Part shown: positions 19,109 through 28,247 of the stretch, in pieces | How positions within the stretch are numbered: the first letter of the stretch is position 1 | Layout of the letters: every line of letters starts with the position of its first letter | Source of the DNA: a virus | Taxonomy: Duplodnaviria > Caudoviricetes | Virus record (IMG/VR): IMGVR_UViG_3300026187_001225 | Span: 1-36,729 of that record | Direction: 5' to 3' (one strand) | Length of the DNA stretch: 36,729 nucleotides | The notes under the pieces: model-generated | What the model was told of the DNA's origin: nothing | Seen by the model: only the letters and a program-made list of their open reading frames with translations | Database searches by the model: none | Made by a program: the position numbers and the translations under genes

Positions 19109-20009
19109 AACAATCACAATGCCTACTTCGCCAAACTTTGTTCAAAGCAGATTTAGTTTGATAAGAACAGTAGGTCAAACTATATCTCCATATACAGGCA
19201 AACAGAAAACACAAGAATTTGATGGTGTTTATTGGACAGCAGAAGTGACTCTGCCACCAATGAAAAGAACACAAGCTGTAGAATGGCAATCGTTTTTAAC
19301 TGAATTAAATGGGACTGTAAACAATTTTAAATTTAGTGACCCTGATGCACTTACTCATAGAGGGACTTTTTCAGAATATGGTTTTAAATTAGAAAACAGA
19401 GCTAATGAATCAAATGCAACTTTATCGTTTACAGCTTCAACAAACACTATAGCAGGAGCAAGTAATACGACATATTTTAATAATGTTTTGGTTGGTGATT
19501 TTATAGTGGTCACAGGTGCAACAAATGAAGAAAACAATGGAACGCATAAGGTAGTCACTAAAAGTAATGCATACACGATTACAGTTGACCCTATGGCACA
19601 TAATTCTTTAGTTGATGAAAGTAATGTATCTAGTTGCACGATAAAATGTAATGTTAAAGGTGCTACTGGTCTAACAATGATTGCTAATGCAAATTCACAC
19701 AGTGGCACAGTATTAAAAGGTTCATATTTAGCAGTAAGTGATTCATCAACTGTAGACGCAACTGGATACACACCAGTTCAATATATATTTGCAACCCAAG
19801 ATATCACAGAAACTGATAATGGTGGTTCAGCAAAAAATCAATATGCTATAAAAATAGAGCCAAAACTAAGAGCAACAGCATCAGCAACCACAAATGTTTA
19901 TGTAAATCCTGCAAAAGGTAAATTTAGACTTTTATCTAATGAGGTTGATTGGTCAGCAGATAATATTTCTAATTTTGGTATAACTTTTGCCTGTATTGAG
20001 GTTGTTTAA
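19101..20009 (+). CDS. Distal tail protein-like with internal inserted domain
   Basis: Probable GTG start at 19101 after AGGAG; SPYTGKQ...W.A.VTLPPM...FL..L.G..N.F at the N-terminus; FACIEV C-terminus. Confidence 0.7.
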   Translation: MAKTITMPTSPNFVQSRFSLIRTVGQTISPYTGKQKTQEFDGVYWTAEVTLPPMKRTQAVEWQSFLTELNGTVNNFKFSDPDALTHRGTFSEYGFKLENRANESNATLSFTASTNTIAGASNTTYFNNVLVGDFIVVTGATNEENNGTHKVVTKSNAYTITVDPMAHNSLVDESNVSSCTIKCNVKGATGLTMIANANSHSGTVLKGSYLAVSDSSTVDATGYTPVQYIFATQDITETDNGGSAKNQYAIKIEPKLRATASATTNVYVNPAKGKFRLLSNEVDWSADNISNFGITFACIEVV

Positions 20010-20653
20010 TGGCAACACGACAGGGTATAGACTCTAATTTAACTAACAGACTCGGTGCAGACCACCAAATTCTTTTTATTGCTGTAAAAGCAGAGTTTGA
20101 TAGTGGCACACTTAGATTTTGGACAGGAGATAGTGATATAACTTTGGATTCTGAAAACTATGTTGGTGCAGGAACATTATTAAATGTTAGTAATATTACT
20201 GAAGACACAGAATTAAAATCAGATGGCACAGTTGTAACCTTATCAGGCATGAACTCTGATGTAATCAATATGGCTCTTACAGAAAATTATCAAAACAGAC
20301 CTATCACAATATTTTTAGGATATATGATGGGTGGCACAGATGTTTCAGCAGGTGAACTTACTTTGTTCAAAGGTAGAATGGTAAATTTATCAATTGAAGA
20401 TGACCCAAACGGAGCTACTGTTTTTGTGTCTTGTGAAAATAGATTGGTAGATTTAGAAAGACCTTCAAATTTAAGATATACCAAAGAGACTCAAAACTTT
20501 TTATATCCTAGCGATGTGGGATTAGATAGAGTCCAATCTTTACAAGACAAAGAAATTAGATGGGGTGCTGTGACTTCAGGCACAAGTTCAGGTGGTAGTG
20601 GTGGTGGCTCTACTGGTGGCACAACGCGATATGTTAGAGGAACAGAAGCATGA
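20009..20653 (+). CDS. Tail tip hub / minor tail protein
   Basis: RFWTG, YVGAG.L, LSG, FKGRM, ENRLVDLER, RYT...Q...YP.D.G; follows the distal tail gene. Confidence 0.75.
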   Translation: MATRQGIDSNLTNRLGADHQILFIAVKAEFDSGTLRFWTGDSDITLDSENYVGAGTLLNVSNITEDTELKSDGTVVTLSGMNSDVINMALTENYQNRPITIFLGYMMGGTDVSAGELTLFKGRMVNLSIEDDPNGATVFVSCENRLVDLERPSNLRYTKETQNFLYPSDVGLDRVQSLQDKEIRWGAVTSGTSSGGSGGGSTGGTTRYVRGTEA

Positions 20654-21066
20654 AGAAGTTGCCACATTGGGAAATCAAATACAATGAATTTGTATATGAC
20701 AATAGGCATAAACCTTTTGAATGGGGTGTATGGGATTGTTGTAAATTCTCAAATGCTCTTATTAAAGCAATGACTAATAAAGATTTAATACCCAAAACTT
20801 TGAAATGGAAGGATGAACAAACAGCTAAAAAATCAATAAAAGATTATGGTGGAACTCTTTTAAAAAGCATTATTAAAGTATGCAAAGCTAATAAAATTAA
20901 AGAAATTGATAAAAATTTTATGACTAAAGGAGATTTGGTTGTTTATATGCAAGAATCAGAACTTGTAGGAATCTGTGATGGTAGTGGTATTTTAGGTGTC
21001 AAAGAAAATGGTATTGAATTAGTCCAAAATCAAAAAGTATTGAAAGTATGGAGAATAGAGCAATAA
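20650..21066 (+). CDS. NlpC/P60-like tail tip protein
   Basis: PFEWGVWDCC and GDLV motifs; immediately before the central fibre gene. Confidence 0.7.
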   Translation: MKKLPHWEIKYNEFVYDNRHKPFEWGVWDCCKFSNALIKAMTNKDLIPKTLKWKDEQTAKKSIKDYGGTLLKSIIKVCKANKIKEIDKNFMTKGDLVVYMQESELVGICDGSGILGVKENGIELVQNQKVLKVWRIEQ

Positions 21067-24000
21067 ATGTCTAAGGTAGAAGATGCGGCAAAAGCCTTTG
21101 TAGGCACTTTATTGGTTGTAACTGGTTTAGCACTTGGTTTAACTGCATTAGGTGTTGGGTCAGGCATTGCAACAGCTTCTGTTATGGGAACGACACTATT
21201 TGGCGTATCTGCAATGACATTAGCTACTGCATCAGGATTGACGACTTTGTTAGCAGGATTATATACACAAAGTTTTGATAATATTTCCAATAATTTTGGC
21301 ACAAGAACAACCACAAGGTCTCCTACAGCACCAAGACAGATTATCTATGGTGTCACAAGAGTAGGTGGCACAATCCTACATATGCAGACAACAGGCACTG
21401 ATAATTATTTATTACACATGGTTGTAGCAATAGCAGGACACGAAATAACAGGTATAAATTCTGTAAGAATTGGTGAAACAAATGTAACTACAACCACAAG
21501 CACTATTAATGGTGAAACTGTTTATACAGTCACTAATAGTAAATACACAAATACTGAAAACGAAAATAATTTTGGTAGTGGTAGATTGATTCGTTATACG
21601 ATTGAAGATGGTAGTCAAACCACTGCTAATGGATTTTTAGATGCTCAATTATCAAGCATGACATCAAATCATAAGTTTCAAGGTATTGCATATGTTTATA
21701 TTCAAATGGTTGCTGACTCAGAAAAGTTTTCAAGTATTCCTGCAATATCTTTTGTTGTTGAAGGTAAAAATGTTTATGACCCAAGAACTTCAGCAATGGC
21801 TACAACTACTGCACAAAGACAAAATCCTGCTTTAATTATTAGAGATTATTTAACAGATACAACTTATGGTTTAAAAGCTACTTCTGACGAAATAAACGAT
21901 ACAACAAATGCAGGTGGGTTTTCTGCTTGTGCAAATTTATGTGACCAAACAATTTCTGATGAAGCAAATGGTGCAAGATACACAGTTAATGGTTTTATAG
22001 ATGCTTCTACAAATGGCTCTGATGCTATTACAGGTTTTCTCTCTGCTATGGCAGGTAAAATGACTTATGTAAATGGTAAATTTAATGTTTTTGGTGGTGC
22101 TTCACAAACACCTAGCTTAACCATTACTGATGATGATTTATTAGCAAAAGTAAGAGTGACAACAGGAAGTCCATCAGGCAATCTAGCAAATACCATAAAA
22201 GCCGTGTATGTTGATTCAAATAATAATTACACAGCAATTGATAGTCCAGTTTATCAAGATTCAACATTTTTAGGCGAAGATACTCCTTCAGGAGAATCTA
22301 ATGCTAACTATGTAAAAGAAACAGAAGTGCAGTTGCCATTCACTACAACATCAAAAATGGCACAAAGACTTGCAAGAATAAATCTTAAATCACAAAGACA
22401 AGCACAAACTTTAGAAGTTATGACAAGTTTGCAGTTTATGCGATTACAACCTAGTGATTGGGTATATTTAACAAATGAAAGACTTAGCTATTCATCAAAA
22501 GTCTTTGAAGTCGTAGCAACAAATTTAGAAGTTATTAATACAGAAGGTGGACAACCAATATTAGCTACAAAACTTGCATTGAAAGAAACTGATTCAGGAG
22601 TATTTGATTTTGTTACTAATGATTATACTGATGACCAAAGCGAAGGTAGCGTAATAGATAGTGGTGATGGTTCTATTACAACACCTACAAGCCTATCTTT
22701 AGCACAAAGTATTGAAAAAGATGGACAAGAATTAAGAGTAAATGTGATTGCTTCATGGACTAATAATACAAATGCAATTATCGTAGGCACTGAAGTAGCA
22801 TATAAATTATCAACAGATACTAATTTTAGTGGCGTTACTGTTGGTAGAGGAACAGCTAATGCAACAATTCCTAATTTAGCTATTGGTAAAACTTATAATG
22901 TAAAAGTTAGACATATATCTTCAACAGGTGCAGTCAGTAGTTATACAAGTGTTGTCAATATTACAATTTCATCATTAACTGATGCACCAAGTGACCCAAG
23001 CAATTTTGCAGTTAGTAGTGAGACTGCTTTAGGTTTTACTCTAAGTTGGACAAACCCAAACAATGCAGATTTAAGTTATATTGAAGTTCATAGAAGAACA
23101 GTCAATACAACACCAACTGACACATCAACTATAGTAACAATAAGAGGTGCAGTTGCTAATACTAATTTGTACGTATCACAAACAGTCAGAAATGGTCTTA
23201 CAATTGGCACAACTTATTATTATTGGATAAGAGCAGTAAATACTTCAGGTGTTAAAAGTAATTTTGTAGGTAGTGTTAATGGAACTATTACTAGATTAGA
23301 AGATGACAAGATTGGTGATGTGGGTGCAACTAAAATTACTGGAACTTTAATAGATAGTCAAATAGACGGAATAGGTGCAAATAAAATTACTGGAACTCTT
23401 GCAGACAGTCAATTAGATGCAATAAGTGCCACTAAAATAACAGGAACTATCGTAGATAGTCAATTAGATGCAATAAGTGCTACAAAAGTTTCAGGAACTC
23501 TTGCAGACAGTCAATTAGATGCAATAAGTGCTTCTAAGGTCACAGGGACTTTAGCTGATAACCAACTTGCAGGTATTAGTGCAACAAAAATAACAGGTAC
23601 TTTAGTTGACAGTCAATTAGATGAAATTAGTGCTTCTAAAGTTACAGGTACTTTAGCTGATAGCCAACTTGCAGGTATTAGTGCAACTAAAGTGACTGGA
23701 ACTCTTGCAGACAGTCAGTTGGCAGGAATAAGTGCAACTAAAGTAACTGGAACACTTGCAGACAGTCAGTTGGCAGGAATAAGTGCAAGTAAAGTTACAG
23801 GACAATTAGCTGATACACAGTTAGCTGAAATTAGTGCTGACAAGGTTACAGGTAGCGTTGGTGACTTAGATGCTACATTAATTAAATTAGATGGCACACA
23901 ATTAAGTGCTTCATCTAGTGGTATAAGAGTTTCTAATAATTCACTAGATATTGCACAGGTTGCAACAACAAACTCTATTGGTGTAATCCTTGCTGATGAA

Positions 24001-24447
24001 GGTAGTCATACTATGTCAAATACAGCTACTTCAGGTGGTAGTACTTCATTTCATATACCTGAAAGAGTATCAACACCCTTAACATTAACAATTCCACAAA
24101 CAGCAACAGCAGAATCAAAAGATTTTTTAATTAGAATGTTTGTAAATCCAATAGGTAGTGCTGTTTCAAACACAGCAATAAATGTTCAAGTAGGATATGC
24201 AACAGCAAGTAATATTACATCATTTAATGCTAGTCCTTTTTACAGTGGTGGTTCAATAGATACAACTTTTGCTAGTTCATATGCTAATGGTGCTTTTGCA
24301 GAAGCACTTGGTATTGCACATAAATTTAGTATCACCACTAGCACAAGTGGTTCAACTACAGTTTATATATATGGTTTTGCAGGATTATTCGGTATATCTA
24401 GTCCGGGAGTTTCATATGTGTTGTCGTGTGAGGGTTTATTCAGATGA
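21067..24447 (+). CDS. Central tail fibre / tip attachment protein (J-like) with FN3 domains
   Basis: PRQIIYG..RVGG, G.AY, GKNVYDPR, NPAL.IRDYL; FN3-like YNVKVR and YYYWIRAVN; 17-aa repeat stalk. Confidence 0.88.
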   Translation: MSKVEDAAKAFVGTLLVVTGLALGLTALGVGSGIATASVMGTTLFGVSAMTLATASGLTTLLAGLYTQSFDNISNNFGTRTTTRSPTAPRQIIYGVTRVGGTILHMQTTGTDNYLLHMVVAIAGHEITGINSVRIGETNVTTTTSTINGETVYTVTNSKYTNTENENNFGSGRLIRYTIEDGSQTTANGFLDAQLSSMTSNHKFQGIAYVYIQMVADSEKFSSIPAISFVVEGKNVYDPRTSAMATTTAQRQNPALIIRDYLTDTTYGLKATSDEINDTTNAGGFSACANLCDQTISDEANGARYTVNGFIDASTNGSDAITGFLSAMAGKMTYVNGKFNVFGGASQTPSLTITDDDLLAKVRVTTGSPSGNLANTIKAVYVDSNNNYTAIDSPVYQDSTFLGEDTPSGESNANYVKETEVQLPFTTTSKMAQRLARINLKSQRQAQTLEVMTSLQFMRLQPSDWVYLTNERLSYSSKVFEVVATNLEVINTEGGQPILATKLALKETDSGVFDFVTNDYTDDQSEGSVIDSGDGSITTPTSLSLAQSIEKDGQELRVNVIASWTNNTNAIIVGTEVAYKLSTDTNFSGVTVGRGTANATIPNLAIGKTYNVKVRHISSTGAVSSYTSVVNITISSLTDAPSDPSNFAVSSETALGFTLSWTNPNNADLSYIEVHRRTVNTTPTDTSTIVTIRGAVANTNLYVSQTVRNGLTIGTTYYYWIRAVNTSGVKSNFVGSVNGTITRLEDDKIGDVGATKITGTLIDSQIDGIGANKITGTLADSQLDAISATKITGTIVDSQLDAISATKVSGTLADSQLDAISASKVTGTLADNQLAGISATKITGTLVDSQLDEISASKVTGTLADSQLAGISATKVTGTLADSQLAGISATKVTGTLADSQLAGISASKVTGQLADTQLAEISADKVTGSVGDLDATLIKLDGTQLSASSSGIRVSNNSLDIAQVATTNSIGVILADEGSHTMSNTATSGGSTSFHIPERVSTPLTLTIPQTATAESKDFLIRMFVNPIGSAVSNTAINVQVGYATASNITSFNASPFYSGGSIDTTFASSYANGAFAEALGIAHKFSITTSTSGSTTVYIYGFAGLFGISSPGVSYVLSCEGLFR
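23311..23860 (+). repeat. 51-bp (17-aa) tandem repeat, 10 full copies plus 1 partial
   Basis: Consensus LAGISATKVTGTLADSQ in the translation. Confidence 0.92.
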
Positions 24448-24833
24448 TTGATGTTAGTATTTATTTAGTTTCAACTGGACAGATTATTTCTAATAGAAAT
24501 GTGCAAAGTCTTGATGATTTATCAATACTTGATTCTTCATTAGGATATGTTGAAGGTAAATACTCAAGATTAACAAAAAAATGGAATGGAAGTGCAGTCG
24601 TTGATTATTCTCCACCATATGTTTCAGGCACAAATACTATTAAAGTAAGAGCAGAGAGAAACAGGCTTTTGGAACAATCTGATTGGACACAAGTGCCTGA
24701 TAGTCCTTTGACAGATTCTAAAAAAACAGAATGGGCAACATACAGACAGTCATTAAGAGACATGATGGCTACATATACAGATAGTGAAGCAAACACAGTA
24801 GAGAACACAACATTCCCTACTAAACCTAGTTAG
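24444..24833 (+). CDS. Tail fibre assembly chaperone-like protein
   Basis: RAERNRLLEQSDWTQVPDSPL...WATYRQSLRD...FPTKP. Confidence 0.82.
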   Translation: MIDVSIYLVSTGQIISNRNVQSLDDLSILDSSLGYVEGKYSRLTKKWNGSAVVDYSPPYVSGTNTIKVRAERNRLLEQSDWTQVPDSPLTDSKKTEWATYRQSLRDMMATYTDSEANTVENTTFPTKPS

Positions 24834-24841
24834 GAGATTGT

Positions 24842-25192
24842 ATGGACGATTTTGTAAAGTTAGTTACTGAGTTGGGATTTCCAATAGCCGCAACTATTGG
24901 ACTTGGATATTTTTTGTGGAAACTTATCAATAGAATTATTGATGGCATGGAAACAAAGGTAGATACACTTGATGAAAAATTAGGTGCTTCTATAGATAAT
25001 CTTGAACAAAGACTTGGTGGTAAACTTGACGCACAACATGGTATTTTGGTAGCCTTGATAGACAGAATAAGAAGTCTTGATAATGAAATCATTAGACAAG
25101 ACACTATGATTAAAACAATTTTGGGTGTTCCACAATTGATAAATCAAGACAAAATAGCGAAAGCAGATAGAGATGACCAAAGAAAAGATTAA
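24842..25192 (+). CDS. Membrane-anchored coiled-coil protein leading the curli cassette
   Basis: N-terminal TM segment (LGFPIAATIGLGYFLW) then coiled coil; AGGAG RBS; overlaps csgF. Confidence 0.7.
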   Translation: MDDFVKLVTELGFPIAATIGLGYFLWKLINRIIDGMETKVDTLDEKLGASIDNLEQRLGGKLDAQHGILVALIDRIRSLDNEIIRQDTMIKTILGVPQLINQDKIAKADRDDQRKD

Positions 25193-25718
25193 GAAAAAAA
25201 GAGGTAGACCTAGTAAAGCTGAAATAGAAGCAAAGACTCAACGCGAAAAAGAAAAAGATATAATCATCAAAACTTTAGCATGGTTAGGCATCCTAATGTT
25301 TACTGGTGTTTTTATACAAAATGCTTTTGCAGACCAAATTGTTCATAAATTTAAAAATCCTTCATTTAGTGGTGTAAATACGTCTTCACATTGGTTGACG
25401 ATAGAAAATCAAGAGTTTAATCGTAAATTAAGCATCAAAGAAGAACTTAAAATGATACAAGACCAAATAGAAAGAGACAAAGAAAATACAACACTTGCAA
25501 GATTTATTAGAAACTTAGAATCAAGAATTTATGCACAATTATCAAGACAATTGGTAGAAAACTTATTTGGTGAAAATGCAAATACAAGTGGGACAATAGA
25601 ATTAGAAGGCAATACAATAACATATACAACAGACGGAACTACAATAACTTTAACAATTACTGACCCTGATGGAAATATTACCGAGATATCTTTGCCTATC
25701 GGCTCTTTTACTTTCTAG
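25173..25718 (+). CDS. csgF: Curli assembly protein CsgF-like
   Basis: Signal peptide ending AFA, then DQIVHKFKNPSFSG (cf. CsgF F.F.NP.FGG); F...LESRIYAQLS; ITDPDGNITEISLP. Confidence 0.82.
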   Translation: MTKEKIKKKRGRPSKAEIEAKTQREKEKDIIIKTLAWLGILMFTGVFIQNAFADQIVHKFKNPSFSGVNTSSHWLTIENQEFNRKLSIKEELKMIQDQIERDKENTTLARFIRNLESRIYAQLSRQLVENLFGENANTSGTIELEGNTITYTTDGTTITLTITDPDGNITEISLPIGSFTF

Positions 25719-26535
25719 TTGTGCAATCAATACTGTATTAGAAGATACATACAACGAAAGATTCCCAAGCAAAGGTCTAACTAAAACATCTATTTTTGAT
25801 TTACAAAATCAAGAGTTATTAAACATACCTGCTCCAAGTAGAAAGCCAGTTGTTGCAGTATATCCAACTGCATTTACAGACCAAACAGGACAAAGAAAAA
25901 GCAACAGCGAATTTGCATTATTCTCTAGTGCATTAACACAACAACCAAGTGCTTTTTTGATAAGAGCATTAAAACACGCAAGTAATGGTAATTTTTTTAT
26001 AGTAGTAGAAAGAGTTGGATTAGATAATCTTACAAAAGAAAGACAAATAATACGTTCTACAAGGCAAGAACATAAAGAAGACAAGAAAGTAAAACCCCTG
26101 CTCTTTGCAGGTCTATTGCTTGAAGGTGCTGTTGTGTCGTATGATAGTAATACTGCAACAGGTGGTGCAGGTGCTAGATGGCTTGGAATAGGTAACAGTA
26201 TGCAATATAGAGAAGATGCAATTACTGTTTCTTTAAGGCTAGTATCAGTATCAACTGGAGAAATTTTGGTTGAAGTTTTATCACAGAAAACCATATTTTC
26301 TTATGCACAGTCGCAAGATGTGTTTAAGTTCATAGAAATGGATACTGAATTAGTTGAAGTGGAGATTGGTGCTTCACGCAACGAAAGTCCAAGCATTGCA
26401 TTGATGAAAGCCATTGAAGGTGCTGTGCTTGAACTCATAAACATTGGATATGAACGAGGTTATTGGAAACATGAAACATTTGAAATTACAAATCCTACTT
26501 GTATTGATGATGACTGTAGTAGTCTTAGAGGTTAA
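25669..26535 (+). CDS. csgG: Curli secretion channel CsgG-like lipoprotein
   Basis: Lipobox LLSSC; VAVY...F.DQTGQRK, VERVGLDNLTKERQIIRS, PLLFAG...EG...YDSN..TGG.GARWLGIG, VSLRLVSVSTGEIL. Confidence 0.93.
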   Translation: MEILPRYLCLSALLLSSCAINTVLEDTYNERFPSKGLTKTSIFDLQNQELLNIPAPSRKPVVAVYPTAFTDQTGQRKSNSEFALFSSALTQQPSAFLIRALKHASNGNFFIVVERVGLDNLTKERQIIRSTRQEHKEDKKVKPLLFAGLLLEGAVVSYDSNTATGGAGARWLGIGNSMQYREDAITVSLRLVSVSTGEILVEVLSQKTIFSYAQSQDVFKFIEMDTELVEVEIGASRNESPSIALMKAIEGAVLELINIGYERGYWKHETFEITNPTCIDDDCSSLRG

Positions 26536-27196
26536 TACTGCTGATAATGAAATCTACGTTGACCAAAGTGGTAATAATGCAAACATTGATTTAGAACAAC
26601 TTGGTAATTCTAATATTATTGGTGGTCTAAACAGCATTGCAGGTACTCTCACAGCACTTGACCTTGATGGTATAAATCTTACTTTAGACATAAATCAAAT
26701 AGGTAATTCTAATAAATTTCTAGGAGATATTCTTGGAGATTCTATTACTGGATTTTTTGAATTTGATGGAGATAGTAATACATTTACCATACAAGGAGAC
26801 CCAACTGATACATATGGTATTGATTCATCAGACTTTAATGTAGATGTTACTGGTGACAGTAATACATTCACATTAGATGTTGGAACTTCTGCATTAGCAG
26901 GAACTTTAGACTTAGATTGGATTATCACAGGTAGTAGCAATACATTTGATTTTGATATCAATTATGATGGTGCAACTAATGATGTTGATGTTGATGGAGA
27001 TAGCAATACAGTAAACTTTACAGGAAGTGGATATGCAGACGGATATTTCAAACTTGACCAAACAGGTGATAGTAGAACATTTAACATCAATCAATTATCA
27101 ACTTTGGTTTCTGACTGGTTGGAAGTTAATAGCACTGGTTCTAATGGCACTGTGTGTATCACACAGAACGATGGCGGAACAAGCACAAGTTGCTGA
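26471..27196 (+). CDS. Secreted curlin-like beta-repeat protein
   Basis: ATG 26471 with signal peptide; recurring x-Q/T-x-G-x-S-N units (DQSGNN, EQLGNSN, NQIGNSN, VTGDSN, ITGSSN, DQTGDS); two C-terminal Cys; directly after csgG. Confidence 0.7.
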   Translation: MKHLKLQILLVLMMTVVVLEVNTADNEIYVDQSGNNANIDLEQLGNSNIIGGLNSIAGTLTALDLDGINLTLDINQIGNSNKFLGDILGDSITGFFEFDGDSNTFTIQGDPTDTYGIDSSDFNVDVTGDSNTFTLDVGTSALAGTLDLDWIITGSSNTFDFDINYDGATNDVDVDGDSNTVNFTGSGYADGYFKLDQTGDSRTFNINQLSTLVSDWLEVNSTGSNGTVCITQNDGGTSTSC

Positions 27197-28229
27197 TATT
27201 GGAGATATATCTGAATTAACAGGCTACGCTACAGTATTAAGAGATAAGCCATTTGATGCTAAATTAGATTTTGGTATTCAAACAAATGATGAAGCCGTTA
27301 CCACAAATGGCAGGATGGCTATAACTTTTCTTGATGATTCAACAGTAAAACTTACTGAACATTCACAATTGTTGATTGATGAATATATATATGACCCTGA
27401 CCCAAGTAAATCTAAAATGGCTCTTACTTTTGGATTGGGAACTGCACGATTTATTACAGGCAATCTTAATAGAATAGATAAACAAAACATAAAGCTAAAA
27501 ACACCAACTGCAAACATAGCAATTCGTGGAACAGATTTTACTGCTACTGTTGATGAATTAGGCAGGTCTTTAATTATATTGCTACCTGATAAATATGGTG
27601 TATCAAGTGGTGAGATTGAAGTCATAACTGCTACTGGTAGCGTTTTATTAAATAAACCTTATGAAGCAACTACTGTTTCTGTCTTTGAGAATGCACCAAG
27701 CAAACCAGTCATATTAGATTTAGATTTAGACATAATTGATAATATTTTAATAGTCACTCCACCTGAAAGAATAGAACAAGAAGAAGAAGCTGTTTACTCT
27801 AGCAGTGGTGATAGTATTCTAGATTTTAATGATTTAGATATAGATTATCTTGCTGAAGACTTTTTAGATTCTTCAGAAACTTTAGAATTTACAGAATTAG
27901 ATATAAATTATTTAGATGTAAACTTTCTAGAAGATTTACTAGATGTTATTGATGCACTTGAAATAGACAAAGAAGAAGACCAACTTAAACAGGATGGTGT
28001 AGCACTTAATATTGCAGGAACAACCTTTGGACAAGATATAGAAACACAGATAACTACTTTTTTAACTGGTCAAACTCTTAGCATGATAAGGTCAGTTAAT
28101 GACTATGCAAGAATAGATATTGATTCAGGCAACTCTTATACAATCATTTTTATACAAGATGGTGTTTCAAGAGTTGTAACTGTCAATGGTGGTAGCAGTA
28201 ATACAATCAAAATTACACAAAGTAATTAA
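27144..28229 (+). CDS. FecR-domain protein with acidic linker (start uncertain between 27027 and 27171)
   Basis: IG.I....G, D...T..GR..I.F.D.S...L.E.S.L.ID, TPTANIAIRGTDF, GEIEV; Asp/Glu/Leu-rich linker; beta-rich C-terminus. Confidence 0.85.
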   Translation: MALCVSHRTMAEQAQVADIGDISELTGYATVLRDKPFDAKLDFGIQTNDEAVTTNGRMAITFLDDSTVKLTEHSQLLIDEYIYDPDPSKSKMALTFGLGTARFITGNLNRIDKQNIKLKTPTANIAIRGTDFTATVDELGRSLIILLPDKYGVSSGEIEVITATGSVLLNKPYEATTVSVFENAPSKPVILDLDLDIIDNILIVTPPERIEQEEEAVYSSSGDSILDFNDLDIDYLAEDFLDSSETLEFTELDINYLDVNFLEDLLDVIDALEIDKEEDQLKQDGVALNIAGTTFGQDIETQITTFLTGQTLSMIRSVNDYARIDIDSGNSYTIIFIQDGVSRVVTVNGGSSNTIKITQSN

Positions 28230-28247
28230 TGTGCTATCATTTTTTTG

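Noticed and set aside
14108-21066. Gene transfer agent cluster
   Set aside because: Tail genes are GTA-like, but the 666-aa tape measure, linked lysis cassette, early arm and accessory modules indicate a genuine phage.
23311-23860. 51-bp repeats as a CRISPR array or DGR template/variable repeats
   Set aside because: Contiguous coding repeats without spacers, differences mostly synonymous rather than adenine-specific, and no reverse transcriptase in the window.
24842-25192. Calling the 116-aa membrane protein the holin
   Set aside because: It overlaps csgF and lies 5 kb from the lysis genes, and a better holin candidate sits at 30907-31074; not fully excluded.
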